Shown here: piece by piece, positions 24,991-41,309 of the stretch | Layout of the letters: the number at the start of each line of letters is the position of its first letter | Position numbering within the stretch: the stretch's first letter is position 1 | Assembly: GCA_964016885.1 (NCBI GenBank) | Contig: OZ024740.1 | Coordinates: 136,276,001-136,340,000, forward strand | DNA from: Eledone cirrhosa | Lineage: Eukaryota | Reading direction: 5' to 3' | DNA: 64,000 nucleotides | Position numbers and translations under genes: made by a program | The notes under the pieces: generated by a model | Databases searched by the model: none | Told to the model about the DNA's origin: nothing | What the model saw: the letters and a program-made list of their open reading frames with translations, nothing else

Positions 24991-26286
24991 AACTCCTCCC
25001 TCTCTACTTTAGCCATAGAGTTCTCTCAATAAACGGACAGTCACACACTTAGGTAGTTAGACGGCTTAGATTGTTTGCGCACTTGCAAACGATACTCGGC
25101 CTGTTTCCACGGAGTTCTCACAGCTGAGTGCTCTCTTTTAGAATACCTAGCTAGTAAATAGTTAGATTACACACTTAGTTAGGACCGATTACGCTCTCTA
25201 TACATAGCTCTACACACAGTACCCGCTTCCTTTAGACATTGAGCTCCCATAATTACGACTGTCACGTTCCTACCGACTGAACACTACACTAGGTTTTGAT
25301 GCGTGATCATCTAACCATGGAGGACTCACTGTTACGGATTGAACAATAATACTTACACACCATTAATGGGCCTACATACATCCTTTGGATTTGACTGTCC
25401 TGTGTTTTCTTACTTCACCTTCTGTGTTGGATAACACACCTCCACCATTCAAACAACTATCTTAAAAGCTCATTGGCTCATATGACGGGAAATCGCACTT
25501 ACTGACGCATTTACCCAATACCCAACCCTACACGGAGCCCTTTGCCGGCCTACATTGCGGTTGCTTGCACGCACGGATTTGGTGACACGGATTCTCAACG
25601 GGACAGCGGTACACAAGGAGTTCGACATGAGCTGATTGCTTGCTCTTCACATGGATGTGTATATACCCGGAGATACCCTTTTTTGGACGACTCGGATGTG
25701 TATATACCATAACATACACTTGAAGATATGGATGTTACAATTCGATCTACACACGTATAGCAGAACACTGAACTGAACTTACTTGCGCGCGCGCGCGTGT
25801 GTGTGTATGTGTGGGGCGTTGGTTAACCCAATATTTCCAATTTACATCGTCAAATTGAGATTTGACCGACATAGCTTCTGTTGCTTTGTGAACTAACTTT
25901 CGATGAGTCTGTGTTGGTACATTCTTATATTTGTTTTTTTTCTCGGACATCGCTTCGGTGTGTGTGAAAGTGTGTGTACCCACCAACGCTAATTCTACGG
26001 GTTTAATACTGTGTTTTCTTTGACCTCGAGCCGATGTATGTGGGTGTGGAGTGTGTGTGTACCCACTCACTTTTAACTGTGACTGACTGTATCCCTTCAG
26101 ATTTGATTGATGTCCAGCGTCTTTTGCAGCGATAGAAATCTGAAAACTTTTATGACCTCAACTAAAGCTAATAGCAGTCGCAGTGTCTCTGACTGACTGG
26201 TGTGTCTCCATATGAGGGAATGAATTCTGTGAGAGAACATCGTTATTTTTTCTCCCTCATATCAAGAATTTGAAGACAATTCATTT

Positions 26287-26360
26287 TCACCTGATGAGAT
26301 CGGTGATAATCGATCATGGCTTTACAATCGATCTATCTCTTATTGAAACATGTGTCGCGA
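26287..26360 (+). ncRNA. Hammerhead-like motif with extended stem II
   Basis: tcac CTGATGA GAT-(41 nt)-ATT GAAA CATGTG TC gcga. Confidence 0.55.
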
Positions 26361-26530
26361 TTAAATGATTGGAATTTTACCTTGCCTTCGGATTTTCATT
26401 TTGATACTTATACTCCGTTTTACATCATCTAGCTGTTCCCTCAAATGGAATTGGAGATATACAAAAGCGTGGAGAACTTAATATTGCTAACAAAGTTATT
26501 GGACCATTTTACACAACCAATAATGTACCT

Positions 26531-26633
<103 letters not shown>

Positions 26634-26725
26634 CAATTATTTATATATATATATAGATACAATTATATATATATATATATAGTTAAAAGAATAGCAAACA
26701 GCACGGACACTCTATCTCAAAATTA

Positions 26726-26762
26726 TTTTTGAAAAGCATTTAGAAATGCGCAACCGGTAAAA
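26726..26762 (+). ncRNA. Variant-core hammerhead-like motif, family B
   Basis: Identical to 9437-9473; lies in cassette 26681-26890. Confidence 0.6.
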
Positions 26763-26880
26763 ACTTAAAAACTTAAAACCACAACTGAATACTAACCCAT
26801 ACAATCACTAATACTCTTTTATTCCTAATTAAACCATTTTTCAACTGTGAACAATTTGTCAGCATTTTCTATTCCGTTTA

Positions 26881-26949
<69 letters not shown>

Positions 26950-26957
<8 letters not shown>

Positions 26958-27078
26958 ATACTTTGGGAGGGTCATGTTGCCAATAAGAAACACACGCACC
27001 AGTTGCTTCACTTCAATTTATTATATATTTATAAATTTATAAATTTCTGGTTGGTTGGTTGGTTCCACAACCAGATAG
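26950..27078 (-). mobile_element. Solo 3'-terminal fragment of PLE family D
   Basis: Reverse complement of about 32630-32768 and 54845-54980; (TA)n on both sides. Confidence 0.8.
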
Positions 27079-27108
27079 TTGTATATATATATATATATAT
27101 ATATATAC

Positions 27109-27185
<77 letters not shown>

Positions 27186-27188
<3 letters not shown>

Positions 27189-30100
27189 CTTTGATAACTT
27201 TGATAGGTTTCGGCCAGTATTGGCCCAGGCCATGTCTAACTTAATAGCACCACCTGGCGAAGTCTTACAAATCAGTATTTGGGCACCATGGCCCACTCGG
27301 GCAGATAGTTATTGTTTACGGAGGCATATCCGGGTGTAGGAGGTTTATCCGGGATTTCTTGAAGGAATTTATCCAAAGATTTCTTGAACTTGATGGGTTC
27401 TGTCTCTGCTTTGATGTGTTTTGGTGTAATGTTAAAGAGTGCAGGGCCAATTGAGGTGAAATAATTATGCCGTATTGTTGTTATGTGATGCGAGTGAGAT
27501 TTTTGTCGTGGGCGGATAGCACGGGGCCCAAGCTTTGGGTGTACACTAAAGGTGATGCCAACATCATTTGGGAAAAGCTGATGGAATATTTTCCACATCA
27601 TACAGATAATGTAGCGCTCACGGCGACGTTGGAGAGAATAAAGTTTGAGTTTTTCTAGTCTAACCCAATAGTCAAGGCCTGTCATGCCATCTATCTTTTT
27701 TGTAATTGCCCTTTGGGGTGCTTAAACTTTCATGATACTTTGTTTCGTGTGGGGTGACCACAGTGGACAACAGTATTCAAGGTGGGGTCGGGAAAAAGTG
27801 GAGAAGAGAAGGATAACAGTGTGGATATCTCTCGACTGGAAAGTTCTAAGAATCCAGGAATACATTCTGCGGGCCATATCAACGTTGCTGTTTATGTGAG
27901 TGACCCGGCTTATGTTGTTGTCCACAATTACTCCAAGGTCTCTGATGTTATTGGATGCCACTAGAGTTTCACCCGAAGGAAAAGAGTATGGTAGTTTCAG
28001 GGCATCCTCTTTTCCAAAGTGGATTAATTCAAATTTATCCTCATTCAACAGCATATTATTCATTTCTGCCCATTGGATAACAGCCAGTAGGTCTGACTGA
28101 AGGCAAGTCCGGTCACCCACCTCATTGATGACCCTTTGGATCTTGGAATCGTCTGCGAAGATTCTGATGTTGATGTTGCTGGGCTTGATGATGTCAGTAA
28201 TGTCATTAATGTAGATGATGAAAAGAAGTGGGCCCAACACAGTGCCTTGTGGGACGCCACTGCTGAATTTGGCAGGGCTTGATTTTACTCCTTCGACTAC
28301 AACATGCTGGGTTCTGCCTGTCAGGAAACATTTGATCCACTGTAGTAACCTTCCAGAGACACCAACATTGGATAATTTTTTCAGTAAAATCTTATGATCA
28401 ACCCTGTCGAAAGCCTTGCTGAAATCAAGGTAGATGACATCAGTGTTGGAGCCCTCTCCCAAGGCTCTCAAAACATCGTCAAAGTGATGCAGGAGCTGCG
28501 TTAGGCAGTCCCTTCCATTACGGAACCCATGTTGGTTGGAGTTCAGCAGACCGTTACTTTCAAGTAAGTGGGTTATTCGTGATCTCACCACCCTCTCAAA
28601 TACCTTGATAATATGAGAGGTGAGTGAGATCGGACGGTAGTTCACTGCAAGGGACTTATTTCCCTTTTTGAAGACTAGGACAACGGACTGGGACAGAAAG
28701 TTTTCAGGAATATATCCAGTGTCCAGTGAGTTCCTCCACAGATTAGCAAGAGGAGATGCAAGTTGGTGTCGAGACACCTTCAGGACACAAGCAGGGAACC
28801 TGTCAGGGCCTACTGCTGAATTGTTTAATTTCGTGTATTGCCGCTAAGACATCAGGGGCACCAAACGTTATGTCTGATATAGTGTGTTGGGGATTAACAT
28901 CACTGATACGGCCCAGATCGGCCATATCAGGATTGCTGAAACAGAGCAGTATTGTTTCTGCAGTATCTCGCCCATTGTTTTGGAATTTTCAGTGTGTGCC
29001 ATTTTCATCAACTAGGGGGCCAACAGTGGAGACGGTGACCTTGTGTTTTTTAGCAAATGAAAAGAACACTCTGGGGTTGAGTTTGATTTTCTCAATGGCC
29101 CACCTCTCTTCAGCTATTCTCTGGTTATTGATTATGGTCATCATGCATTGCTGGAGGTTATATTTTTTTTACTCAAGCAGGGTGATAGCCATTGAATGTG
29201 TGTGTTGCTGTTGGCAGTATTTTAGTGTGTTAATTTTTTTGTTTGTTCTTTTTATTTTTCTGATAATTGTTTTTCTGTTTTGGGGGATACTGCACTTGGT
29301 TTTGTTCACAGGTTTTGGTGGAGTGCGTTTTGTACATATATTTGTGACAGTGTCTACAAAGATCTGCCAAGATGTTTTGATGTTTGTGGAAGTGTGTGCG
29401 TGTGTAAAAGACCAGTCGACATGTGATAGTTCGTTCATAATTGCATCCCAGTTGGCATTGTAGAGATCCATGTTATCAAATGGGTGGGGTGGAGAGAGGA
29501 ACCTGGGATTAGCTTTCGGCTGGTGGAATCTCAGGTTACAAAGAACCATGTCATGGTCTGAGAGAAGGGTTTTTTCCACTGTAATATTATGTATAGTGTT
29601 AGTGTGGTTACTAAAGACTAGATCCAGAATGTTCTTCTGATGCCTCGTTGGTGCAAGGACAAGTTGGGACAAGAAAAAGCTCATTCATGAAGTCAAGAAG
29701 TGACTCGATAGCCTCTTTGTCGGTGGTTGAGGCTGTGGAGCCTGGTTTCAAACTACATGTAGACCAACCGACACAGGTTAGATTAAAGTCTCCCATCAAA
29801 AGTATGTTGCTAGAATGGCACTGTTTAATAAAGCATTTAATACTGTTGAGGCATTCTTTGAAGCAGATTATGGGTGTTTGTGGTGGCCAATAGAACCCAA
29901 CTAATGTCAGGTCATTGGCTTTATTGTGCACAGTGACTGATTCACAGTATCCATTAGAGAATGTTGTGTTGCCATCTGCCGTAAAGGAATTATGCAGAAA
30001 AATGGCAGTTCCACCCTTCCTTCTGCCAACACGATCCGCACGGATGGTTGTGAAATTTCTCACTCTTACTTCGGCCTCCAGGTGGGAATTGTCAAGGTGG

Positions 30101-30828
30101 GTCTCAGTAAGAATGAAGAAGGGGATGTGAAATGGATGGTTACCAACCCAATCCTCAATGAATTGGATCTTCCATATCTGTGCATTAATGGATGGGCTGA
30201 TACCTTATGTATTAAGTGAGAATGTGGTGGCTGGTTTTGACTGTTGCAAGGGGCTTGTTTTGTGATTGTGTGTTAGTGACAGCAAGGATGGTGTTGGGTG
30301 ATGGCTAAAATGTTTTTCTCTATCTCTTTTGCCAGCTTCATGGCTAAAAAAAGAAAGATTTCTTTTTTGTTCAGGGAGCAGTTTTTGATTGGATTTGTGG
30401 TTACAACATCGGATATGGTTGCAGTTCCCTCTTTTGTTGTTGTTGTATTTGTTGTAATTGTGTCTTTGTCAAAAGACTGGAGCAGCGTTATTTTTGTTGT
30501 TGTTGTGATCGTGTCTTTGTGAAAAGACTGGAGCAGCATTACTTTTGTTCTTTTTGTTGTTGTAATCATGTCTTTGTGAGGAGACTGGAGCAGCATTACC
30601 GCAGCAGGGGGGGGGGGGCTTTATTGTGGTTTGTGGGTTGGCATGAAGCGCCATTTCTGTTCGTGCGTTGTGTCCCAGGAAGATGAGTGAAGGGACAGTC
30701 AGTCAGCAGACATAGCCTCTCACGTTGGGGATGTTGGCAGATTTTGGGACTGTGAGCTATACGTGCGGGCAGCGTGCTTTGGTGTTGGCTGGCGGTGTTA
30801 GTGTGCCTAGTACCCGGTAAATGGGATA
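27186..30828 (-). mobile_element. CR1/L2-group LINE (ORF1 tail with Cys/His fingers, APE-RT ORF2), disrupted
   Basis: ETHL, GDFN, LDL, SDH, NYRPISLT, DFSKAFD, GVPQG, FADD, RPHLEY, LYSLQRRRERY; 3' tail (tatcaaagt)x2, then (TA)n. Confidence 0.9.
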
Positions 30829-30829
30829 C

Positions 30830-30901
30830 AATTATATATATATATATACAATTATATATATATAGATACAATTATATATATATATATATATAGATAGATA
30901 C

Positions 30902-30961
<60 letters not shown>

Positions 30962-31038
30962 TTATATATATATATACATTTATATATATATATAGATACA
31001 ATTATATATATATATATAGAGATAGATACAATTATATA

Positions 31039-31108
<70 letters not shown>

Positions 31109-31155
31109 TATATATATATAGATACAATTATATATATAGATAGATAGATAGATAC

Positions 31156-31214
<59 letters not shown>

Positions 31215-31228
31215 GATATATAGATATA
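30830..31228. repeat. (TA)n array punctuated by GATACAAT
   Basis: Read directly. Confidence 0.9.
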
Positions 31229-31229
31229 T

Positions 31230-31480
31230 TTCTTTATTAGCCACAGGGGCACAAAAGAAGGGGACAAATACAAAGGGGGAAGTTTACATACAATAAAAAC
31301 GTGTAAAATGTTATCACAGATGGAATTTAAAAGTTAGTCGATTTTCCCCAATAGAGGGAGACAGTTTATATGGGTAACACATACCCCCGAAAAAAAATGT
31401 GCAACCCTCATCTCCAGGAGTACGAAGAGCTTGTACTCCTTTCCTCTCCTCCTCCTTTTCCTCAACCTACAGGCTGATAT
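31230..31480 (-). mobile_element. Diverged 3' fragment of a Tx1 LINE
   Basis: Similar to 3243-3520 (tttattagccacagggg..., cccccgaaaaaaa.gtgcaaccct). Confidence 0.7.
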
Positions 31481-31499
31481 AAGATAGATACAATTATAT

Positions 31500-31980
31500 A
31501 TATTAACAAATACGGACCCCGTCTAAACACTTCTCCCTAAGACGAACCCACAACATACACACGTCCACATGCGTACCTACATCAACATACATCCTACATA
31601 CATTTCTATCCACAAGTATCCCATACGGCAAGGCCTAATGGATTCCCTTGCAGTACGTACAATCTGGACACACTCACACAGACCTTGGTGTTATGACAAT
31701 ACTATACATCATTTCACCTCTTTTATTATTGAACATTCACGTGACTTCTACCGACCAATCAAAATTATAGTGCTTATTCACGTGACATTCAACAACCAAC
31801 CAAATCACGAACGCTCTATCTCAAAATTATTTTTGAAAACCATTTGAAATGCGCAACCGGTAAAAAACTTAAAACTAACACTGAATACTAACCATTACTT
31901 ATTACTAATTTATACTTATTCCTAATTAAACTATTTTTCACTGGAAAAAATATGTCAGCATTTTCCCTTCCTTTTTATTA
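31500..31980 (+). mobile_element. PLE family B 3' fragment (ORF end, 3'UTR, pLTR with HHR-like motif at 31830-31865)
   Basis: INKYGPRLNTSP* resembles a PLE GIY-YIG C-terminus; family B terminus follows. Confidence 0.65.
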
Positions 31981-32010
31981 ATATATATATACATATATAT
32001 ATATATATAC

Positions 32011-32069
<59 letters not shown>

Positions 32070-32103
32070 TATATATATATATATATATATATAATAATCC
32101 CCA

Positions 32104-32146
32104 GTCACTGAAGAGGTCACAGAATGTGTGACGAAAGAACTTTGAC
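32104..32146 (+). ncRNA. Minimal hammerhead ribozyme, family D
   Basis: GTCA CTGAAGA g GTCAC agaatgt GTGAC GAAA GAAC TT TGAC. Confidence 0.8.
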
Positions 32147-32570
32147 AATATATGAACAATTGTCTGGCTGTGCAACCAACAAACTAACCGGAAATTTATA
32201 AATTCCTAAATTTATAAATTTAATTTATAATAAATTGAAGTGAAAGCAATATAGAGTGAGAAATGAAATTTCGTTTCATTTTTTCCGTTTATCGTTTTCG
32301 GTACCCCGGCCGATTAACTCACTCGATATGCAAATTGGGCTGCTCAGCCGTTGATATGCATAAGGAAAGTATATACTTTCAGACGTTCAATCATCTGGCA
32401 GGAAGGTATACGTTGCTGACGATAGCTAATAAGCTTGAAACTAGTACAGCGTTCCTTTGTCAGGGTTGAACAAATGAGGAACGATGGTTGCTAGACACTG
32501 TACGGCTTAATTCGGGATGTTTGTAGGACAGAACAAAGGAGAGGCACAAGAACAAAGAAAAGAATCCCCA

Positions 32571-32613
32571 GTCACTTAAGAGGTCACAGAATGTGTGACG
32601 AAAGAACTTTGAC
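32571..32613 (+). ncRNA. Hammerhead family D, G5U mutant
   Basis: Core reads CTTAAGA. Confidence 0.7.
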
Positions 32614-32798
32614 AATATATAAAAAATCATCTGGTTGTGGGGCCAGCCAGCCAACCGGAAATCTATAAATTCCTAAATTTATAAATTTATTATAATAAAT
32701 TGAAGTGAAAGCAACTGGTGCGTGTGTTTCTTATTGGCAACATGACCCTCCCAAAGTATAACAATATATATATATAATTATATATATATATATATATA

Positions 32799-32864
<66 letters not shown>

Positions 32865-32876
32865 TATATATATATA

Positions 32877-32951
<75 letters not shown>

Positions 32952-32952
32952 G

Positions 32953-32992
<40 letters not shown>

Positions 32993-32996
32993 ATTG

Positions 32997-33115
<119 letters not shown>

Positions 33116-33229
33116 TATATATATAATTGTATATATATATAAATGTATATATATATATAATTGTATATATATATAATTGTATATATATATAAATGTATAT
33201 ATATATATAATTGTATATATATATATGTG

Positions 33230-36645
<3,416 letters not shown>

Positions 36646-36759
36646 GTTTGTATATGTATAATAAAGCCAAAACAATGCAGGTATGGACAGAGAATAAAAA
36701 ATGCAAATGCAAAAGATATTGTTGACAATTAATCTTTTACCTTAGATTTATTTAAATGT

Positions 36760-36794
36760 CCTTAATTTTCGAGATAATATCTCTTCTTCAGAGG
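36760..36794 (-). ncRNA. Ultra-minimal hammerhead
   Basis: CCT CTGAAGA a GAGAT att ATCTC GAAA AT TA AGG. Confidence 0.7.
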
Positions 36795-36938
36795 GAAGTA
36801 AAGCTGTTAATCCAGTGTTCTAAATAGCTTGTCAAGTCATGCTGACAGGAAATGGTATAGAGTATCTGTTCTATCTCTAATGTCAAAGAGTTAAGATTAG
36901 GTGTATAAAGAGTATATATATAATACATATATATATAC

Positions 36939-36969
<31 letters not shown>

Positions 36970-36994
36970 ATGTATAAAAATCAATACAATATAA

Positions 36995-37070
36995 TTACCT
37001 CATTACCAGAGGTTTCCCGAATGAGGCGAATACGAAAGAAACGTCTTCATTCGTTCGTCAGACGAGGCAA
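36995..37070 (-). ncRNA. Hammerhead ribozyme with 9-bp stem I and 7-bp stem II
   Basis: TTGCCTCGT CTGACGA aCGAATGA-(22 nt)-TCATTCGg GAAA CCtctGG TA ATGAGGTAA. Confidence 0.8.
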
Positions 37071-38769
37071 TATAAAACATGGCTAAATACTTGGAAAGTT
37101 TCATCAAGAAAAGCAAAAAAAAATTATATAAATATAGACAAATGAATTACAATAGCCATATGAAATATATAAAAAACTTTCAAGAAATATAGTTAGGTGT
37201 GTGTATATGTATGTATATACGCTCACAGATGTACATATATGTGTATGTACAAATGTGTACGTATAGTGAAAAAGTGTGTGTAAATATATGTGTTAGGGCA
37301 AGTGTATCTGTGTATCTGTAACTACAGACAGACATGATGTGGTTTTCTGTTTGGCAGCTACACGCAAAAATAGGGCATTAGATACATTATAAGAATATGA
37401 AGGCACGCGTATAAACACAGCCACACGCACGTACACTTATATGCGGAAGTAAAAGAGGTAAGGGAGTGTAATAATTAAAAGAAAGTATCATTCTCGATAT
37501 ATTTATAAAAATGGAACAATAATTTAGAAATAAAAAAAAATTAAAAAAATTAAAGAAAAGAAGACAAACGAGGTACACGCGTACACACACGTATATCAAC
37601 AAGAAACGTATATCTATAAGAAATATATATATATACACGCAAAAAACGTGCAGACAAAAGCGTATGCAAGCACATCTACACACACAGGATGCACATATAT
37701 ACGCATATACGCCTCGCCCCATGTATATCTAATCACGCGCACGCACGCGACTGTATACACACTCGCACACACACACACACACAAAAATATACATGCTTAT
37801 ATACACACGCACACTTACACATCCATACATTCGGTACGTACACACACATACACACATACATACAGTCACGCATATTGACCTGTTTACATGCACACGCATA
37901 AAAATGAGGATGTAAAAAAAAGAAGAAAAAAAGAAGAAAAAAACAAAACAAAAAACATAGATGTAAAAACACGGATATAAAGACATATATACATACACAT
38001 ATATATATATATATAATTACATACACATATATACATACACATATACATACACATATACATATATATATAATTCTAGAAGTCTTATATATTTATATGTGAG
38101 CTGATAGAGAACAGTTTAAGGATTTACAGAAACCCAAGAAGCTAGATTTAACATCTTCCTATCGGGTCCGGGTATGCATTTTACATTCATTTAATTTATT
38201 GAATTATTGATATTTTTTATCTGAGTGTCCCGAATCTTCCGTTATCGTAATTTTTCGATCGTGCGGTTGATTATAGACTTGTTCTATGTGTGACGGTATT
38301 TTAACGATAGTTATAGCTCTGATTTTTCTAAATCAGCGAGCACTCTGCCGCTCATATCGAATTTTGTTTATCGTGAACTCGTACGCCGATTTTTCGATAC
38401 TCGATCATTCTAATATATATATATATATATATACACGCACGCGCGCGCACATACGGAGGCGCTCGTGTACATATATAGAATGTATACACACATTAAGGCG
38501 TTCAGACACATAGATACAGGGTGTAAAAAACCTTGTGGATAAGTAAGTACAAATATAAAATTATAAGATTGGGTGCGAAAAAATAAAAAATATCTGGAGT
38601 GGAAAACGCAAGTGAACTCTGTAATCAGTTAGTGAAGAAAATAGGGAAGTAAAAAGTGGAAAGTGAAGATATTAGGTAAGTGAATCGGAGAATAAAGGGG
38701 GGGGGGGGTTTATTGGTGGATGTGAAGTAAATTGTCCGACAGACAACCTTTCCCCCACCCCGGAAAAAC

Positions 38770-38805
38770 CCCCAGTTGATGGATGTGAATCCGAAATATA
38801 TAGGG
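38770..38805 (+). ncRNA. Hammerhead-like motif with altered core CAGTTGA
   Basis: CCC CAGTTGA t GGAT gtga ATCC GAAA TATA TA GGG. Confidence 0.5.
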
Positions 38806-39063
38806 ACTATTAAATCTCTCCTAAGGTAACTCTCTCTCGTGTTGTTATTTTATTTTATCCTTTATACTCTTTCCTTCATTCTTCTACACATCTCATACAC
38901 ACCACGCATCTCAACGTACACCCACTTACATCTCTCTCTCCACCACCGGATCTTGTTACCCGGAGATTTACCCATTTGCATTGTCGAGGCTTCCAAACGA
39001 CTTAAAGATATTTACATATATACATATATATATATACATATATATATACATATATATATATAC

Positions 39064-39100
<37 letters not shown>

Positions 39101-39101
39101 C

Positions 39102-39134
<33 letters not shown>

Positions 39135-39138
39135 ATAC

Positions 39139-39222
<84 letters not shown>

Positions 39223-39239
39223 ATATACATATACATATA

Positions 39240-39301
<62 letters not shown>

Positions 39302-39307
<6 letters not shown>

Positions 39308-39670
39308 AGATCAAAAGATGGTTAAAAGAGTTCCATGTATTTTATTATGCGCATTTCAAAAACAAATATCATCATGCAATAACATTTGCGTTTTCGTCAG
39401 ATAAAATAGGGAGACATGATATGAGGGTTAAAACACACTTGTGAATAGTGCAGTTTTAAATCAACATATGAAAAGTAGTTTTAGATTGATGTGTGATATT
39501 TCATATGTTGATTTAAAACTGCACTATTCACAAGTGTGTTTTAACCCTCATATCATGTCTCCCTATTTTATCTGTCGAAAACGCAAATGTTATTGCATGA
39601 TGATATTTGTTTTTGAAATGCGCATAATAAAATACATGGAACTCTTTTAACCATCTTTTGATCTTATATA
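39302..39670. repeat. Palindromic cassette with 172-bp arms and a 25-bp spacer
   Basis: 39302-39473 is the reverse complement of 39499-39670. Confidence 0.92.
39340..39406 (-). ncRNA. Hammerhead ribozyme; mirror copy at 39566-39632 (+) has CTGTCGA
   Basis: TTTTAT CTGACGA AAAC-(GCAAatgttaTTGC..)-GTTTTT GAAA TGCGCA TA ATAAAA. Confidence 0.75.
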
Positions 39671-39760
39671 TTATTTATACTCCAGTCCTACAAACTGTAG
39701 AGTGCTTCTTATCCGATATCTACATTGCTTTATTGTACTACAATAAAACTCACCTCCTAC

Positions 39761-39877
<117 letters not shown>

Positions 39878-39920
39878 TATATACATATATATATACATAT
39901 ATATATACATATATATATAC

Positions 39921-39977
<57 letters not shown>

Positions 39978-39996
39978 TATATACATATATATATAC

Positions 39997-40059
<63 letters not shown>

Positions 40060-40183
40060 TATATATATATATTGGTAAACGGAAAAGAGAATGCTGACAA
40101 ATTGTTCACAGTGAAAAATAGTTTAATTAGGAATAAGTGAAAATTAGTAATAGTATTGGTTATTATTCAGTTTTGGTTTTAAG

Positions 40184-40219
40184 TTTTACCGGTTGCGCAT
40201 TTCTAATGCTTTTCAAAAA
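40184..40219 (-). ncRNA. Variant-core hammerhead-like motif, family B
   Basis: TTT TTGAAAA GCATT aga AATGC GCAA CCGG TA AAA, in cassette 40068-40255. Confidence 0.6.
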
Positions 40220-40256
40220 TAATTTTGAGATAGAGCGCCCGTGATGTTTGCTCTAA

Positions 40257-40294
<38 letters not shown>

Positions 40295-41058
40295 ACAGAA
40301 ATTTTCACCAGTTGCCCACACATGAAATCACACCTGCTTTCCAGCTCATATAAACTTAACACACTTTCAGATACTTATCCTCCATAAGCTCTTATTATTC
40401 TCTATAAGACTACCTTTTCTGATTTACTTTCATTTTTAACCTTATTATTAATTTCATTTTTATCTTTATTTTTATTTTTATTTTTATTTTTACTTCACAT
40501 CCACCACTAAACTCCCCCCCCCCCCTTTATTCTCCGATTCACTTACCTAATATCTTCCTTTTCCACTTTTTACTTCCCTATCTTCTTCACTACCTGATTT
40601 CACAAGTCACTTGTAAGATATACTCGGTTGATTACTACTAACTCATAAAATTGTCTCACTACAATTCCGTCCCACCTAGTAAACTTTTCTATAGTTTAGC
40701 AGTACCAGTGAGAGACTTGATGATTGTGGTTAGGGAATAGTAACCAGAAATTGTTTTTTTATATTTTTAACATTCTTGGTATTCTTCTATATATTTACTC
40801 CATATTGATTTACTTATTGTTTCGACTTCCGCCCCCTCCCCCTCCCTAGTATACTTGCTTGACCTCCTGCCCTTAGGATCCTTCTGTAGTTGGCACTGTC
40901 AACGCACGACTGGGTTTCCTCCACTCCCTCTCCCTCTTTCTTCTACTGGCAGGTTCAGCTACCCCTTCCTTCCACAAATTGCCATGATAGAATTATGTGT
41001 CTCAACAACAAACTTTTGACCAATCCTTGTGACAATCACTTTTACCATATTTGGAATT

Positions 41059-41155
41059 ACCCCCTGAGAAGGTCGGCTATTCATATACCAGGATAAAAAT
41101 TTTCATTTAGTCCAGAATTAGCCGTCGAAACGGCTTGAGCTCAGCCGTCGGGGGT
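41059..41155 (+). ncRNA. Large hammerhead fold with core CTGAGAA (A at position 8)
   Basis: CCCC CTGAGAA GGTCGGCTATTC-(32 nt)-GAATTAGCCGTC GAAA CGGCT tgagctc AGCCG TC GGGG. Confidence 0.7.
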
Positions 41156-41165
41156 CCTACTCGTT

Positions 41166-41239
<74 letters not shown>

Positions 41240-41309
41240 TATATATATATATATATATACACAATTATTTATATATATATATACACAATTATTTATATAT
41301 ATATATAGA

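Larger units (their letters stand above)
32095..32768 (+). mobile_element. Internally deleted mini-PLE (family D) with two pLTR copies
   Basis: About 32095-32250 repeats 467 bp downstream; ends in ccaaagtataacaat-(TA)n; matches 54745-54980. Confidence 0.85.

Noticed and set aside
28756-29463. 235-aa plus-strand ORF and other antisense ORFs over LINEs
   Set aside because: Shadow frames of minus-strand retroelement coding sequence
38098-38145. CTGATAGA...GAAA
   Set aside because: Core spacing is wrong and stems II and III are absent
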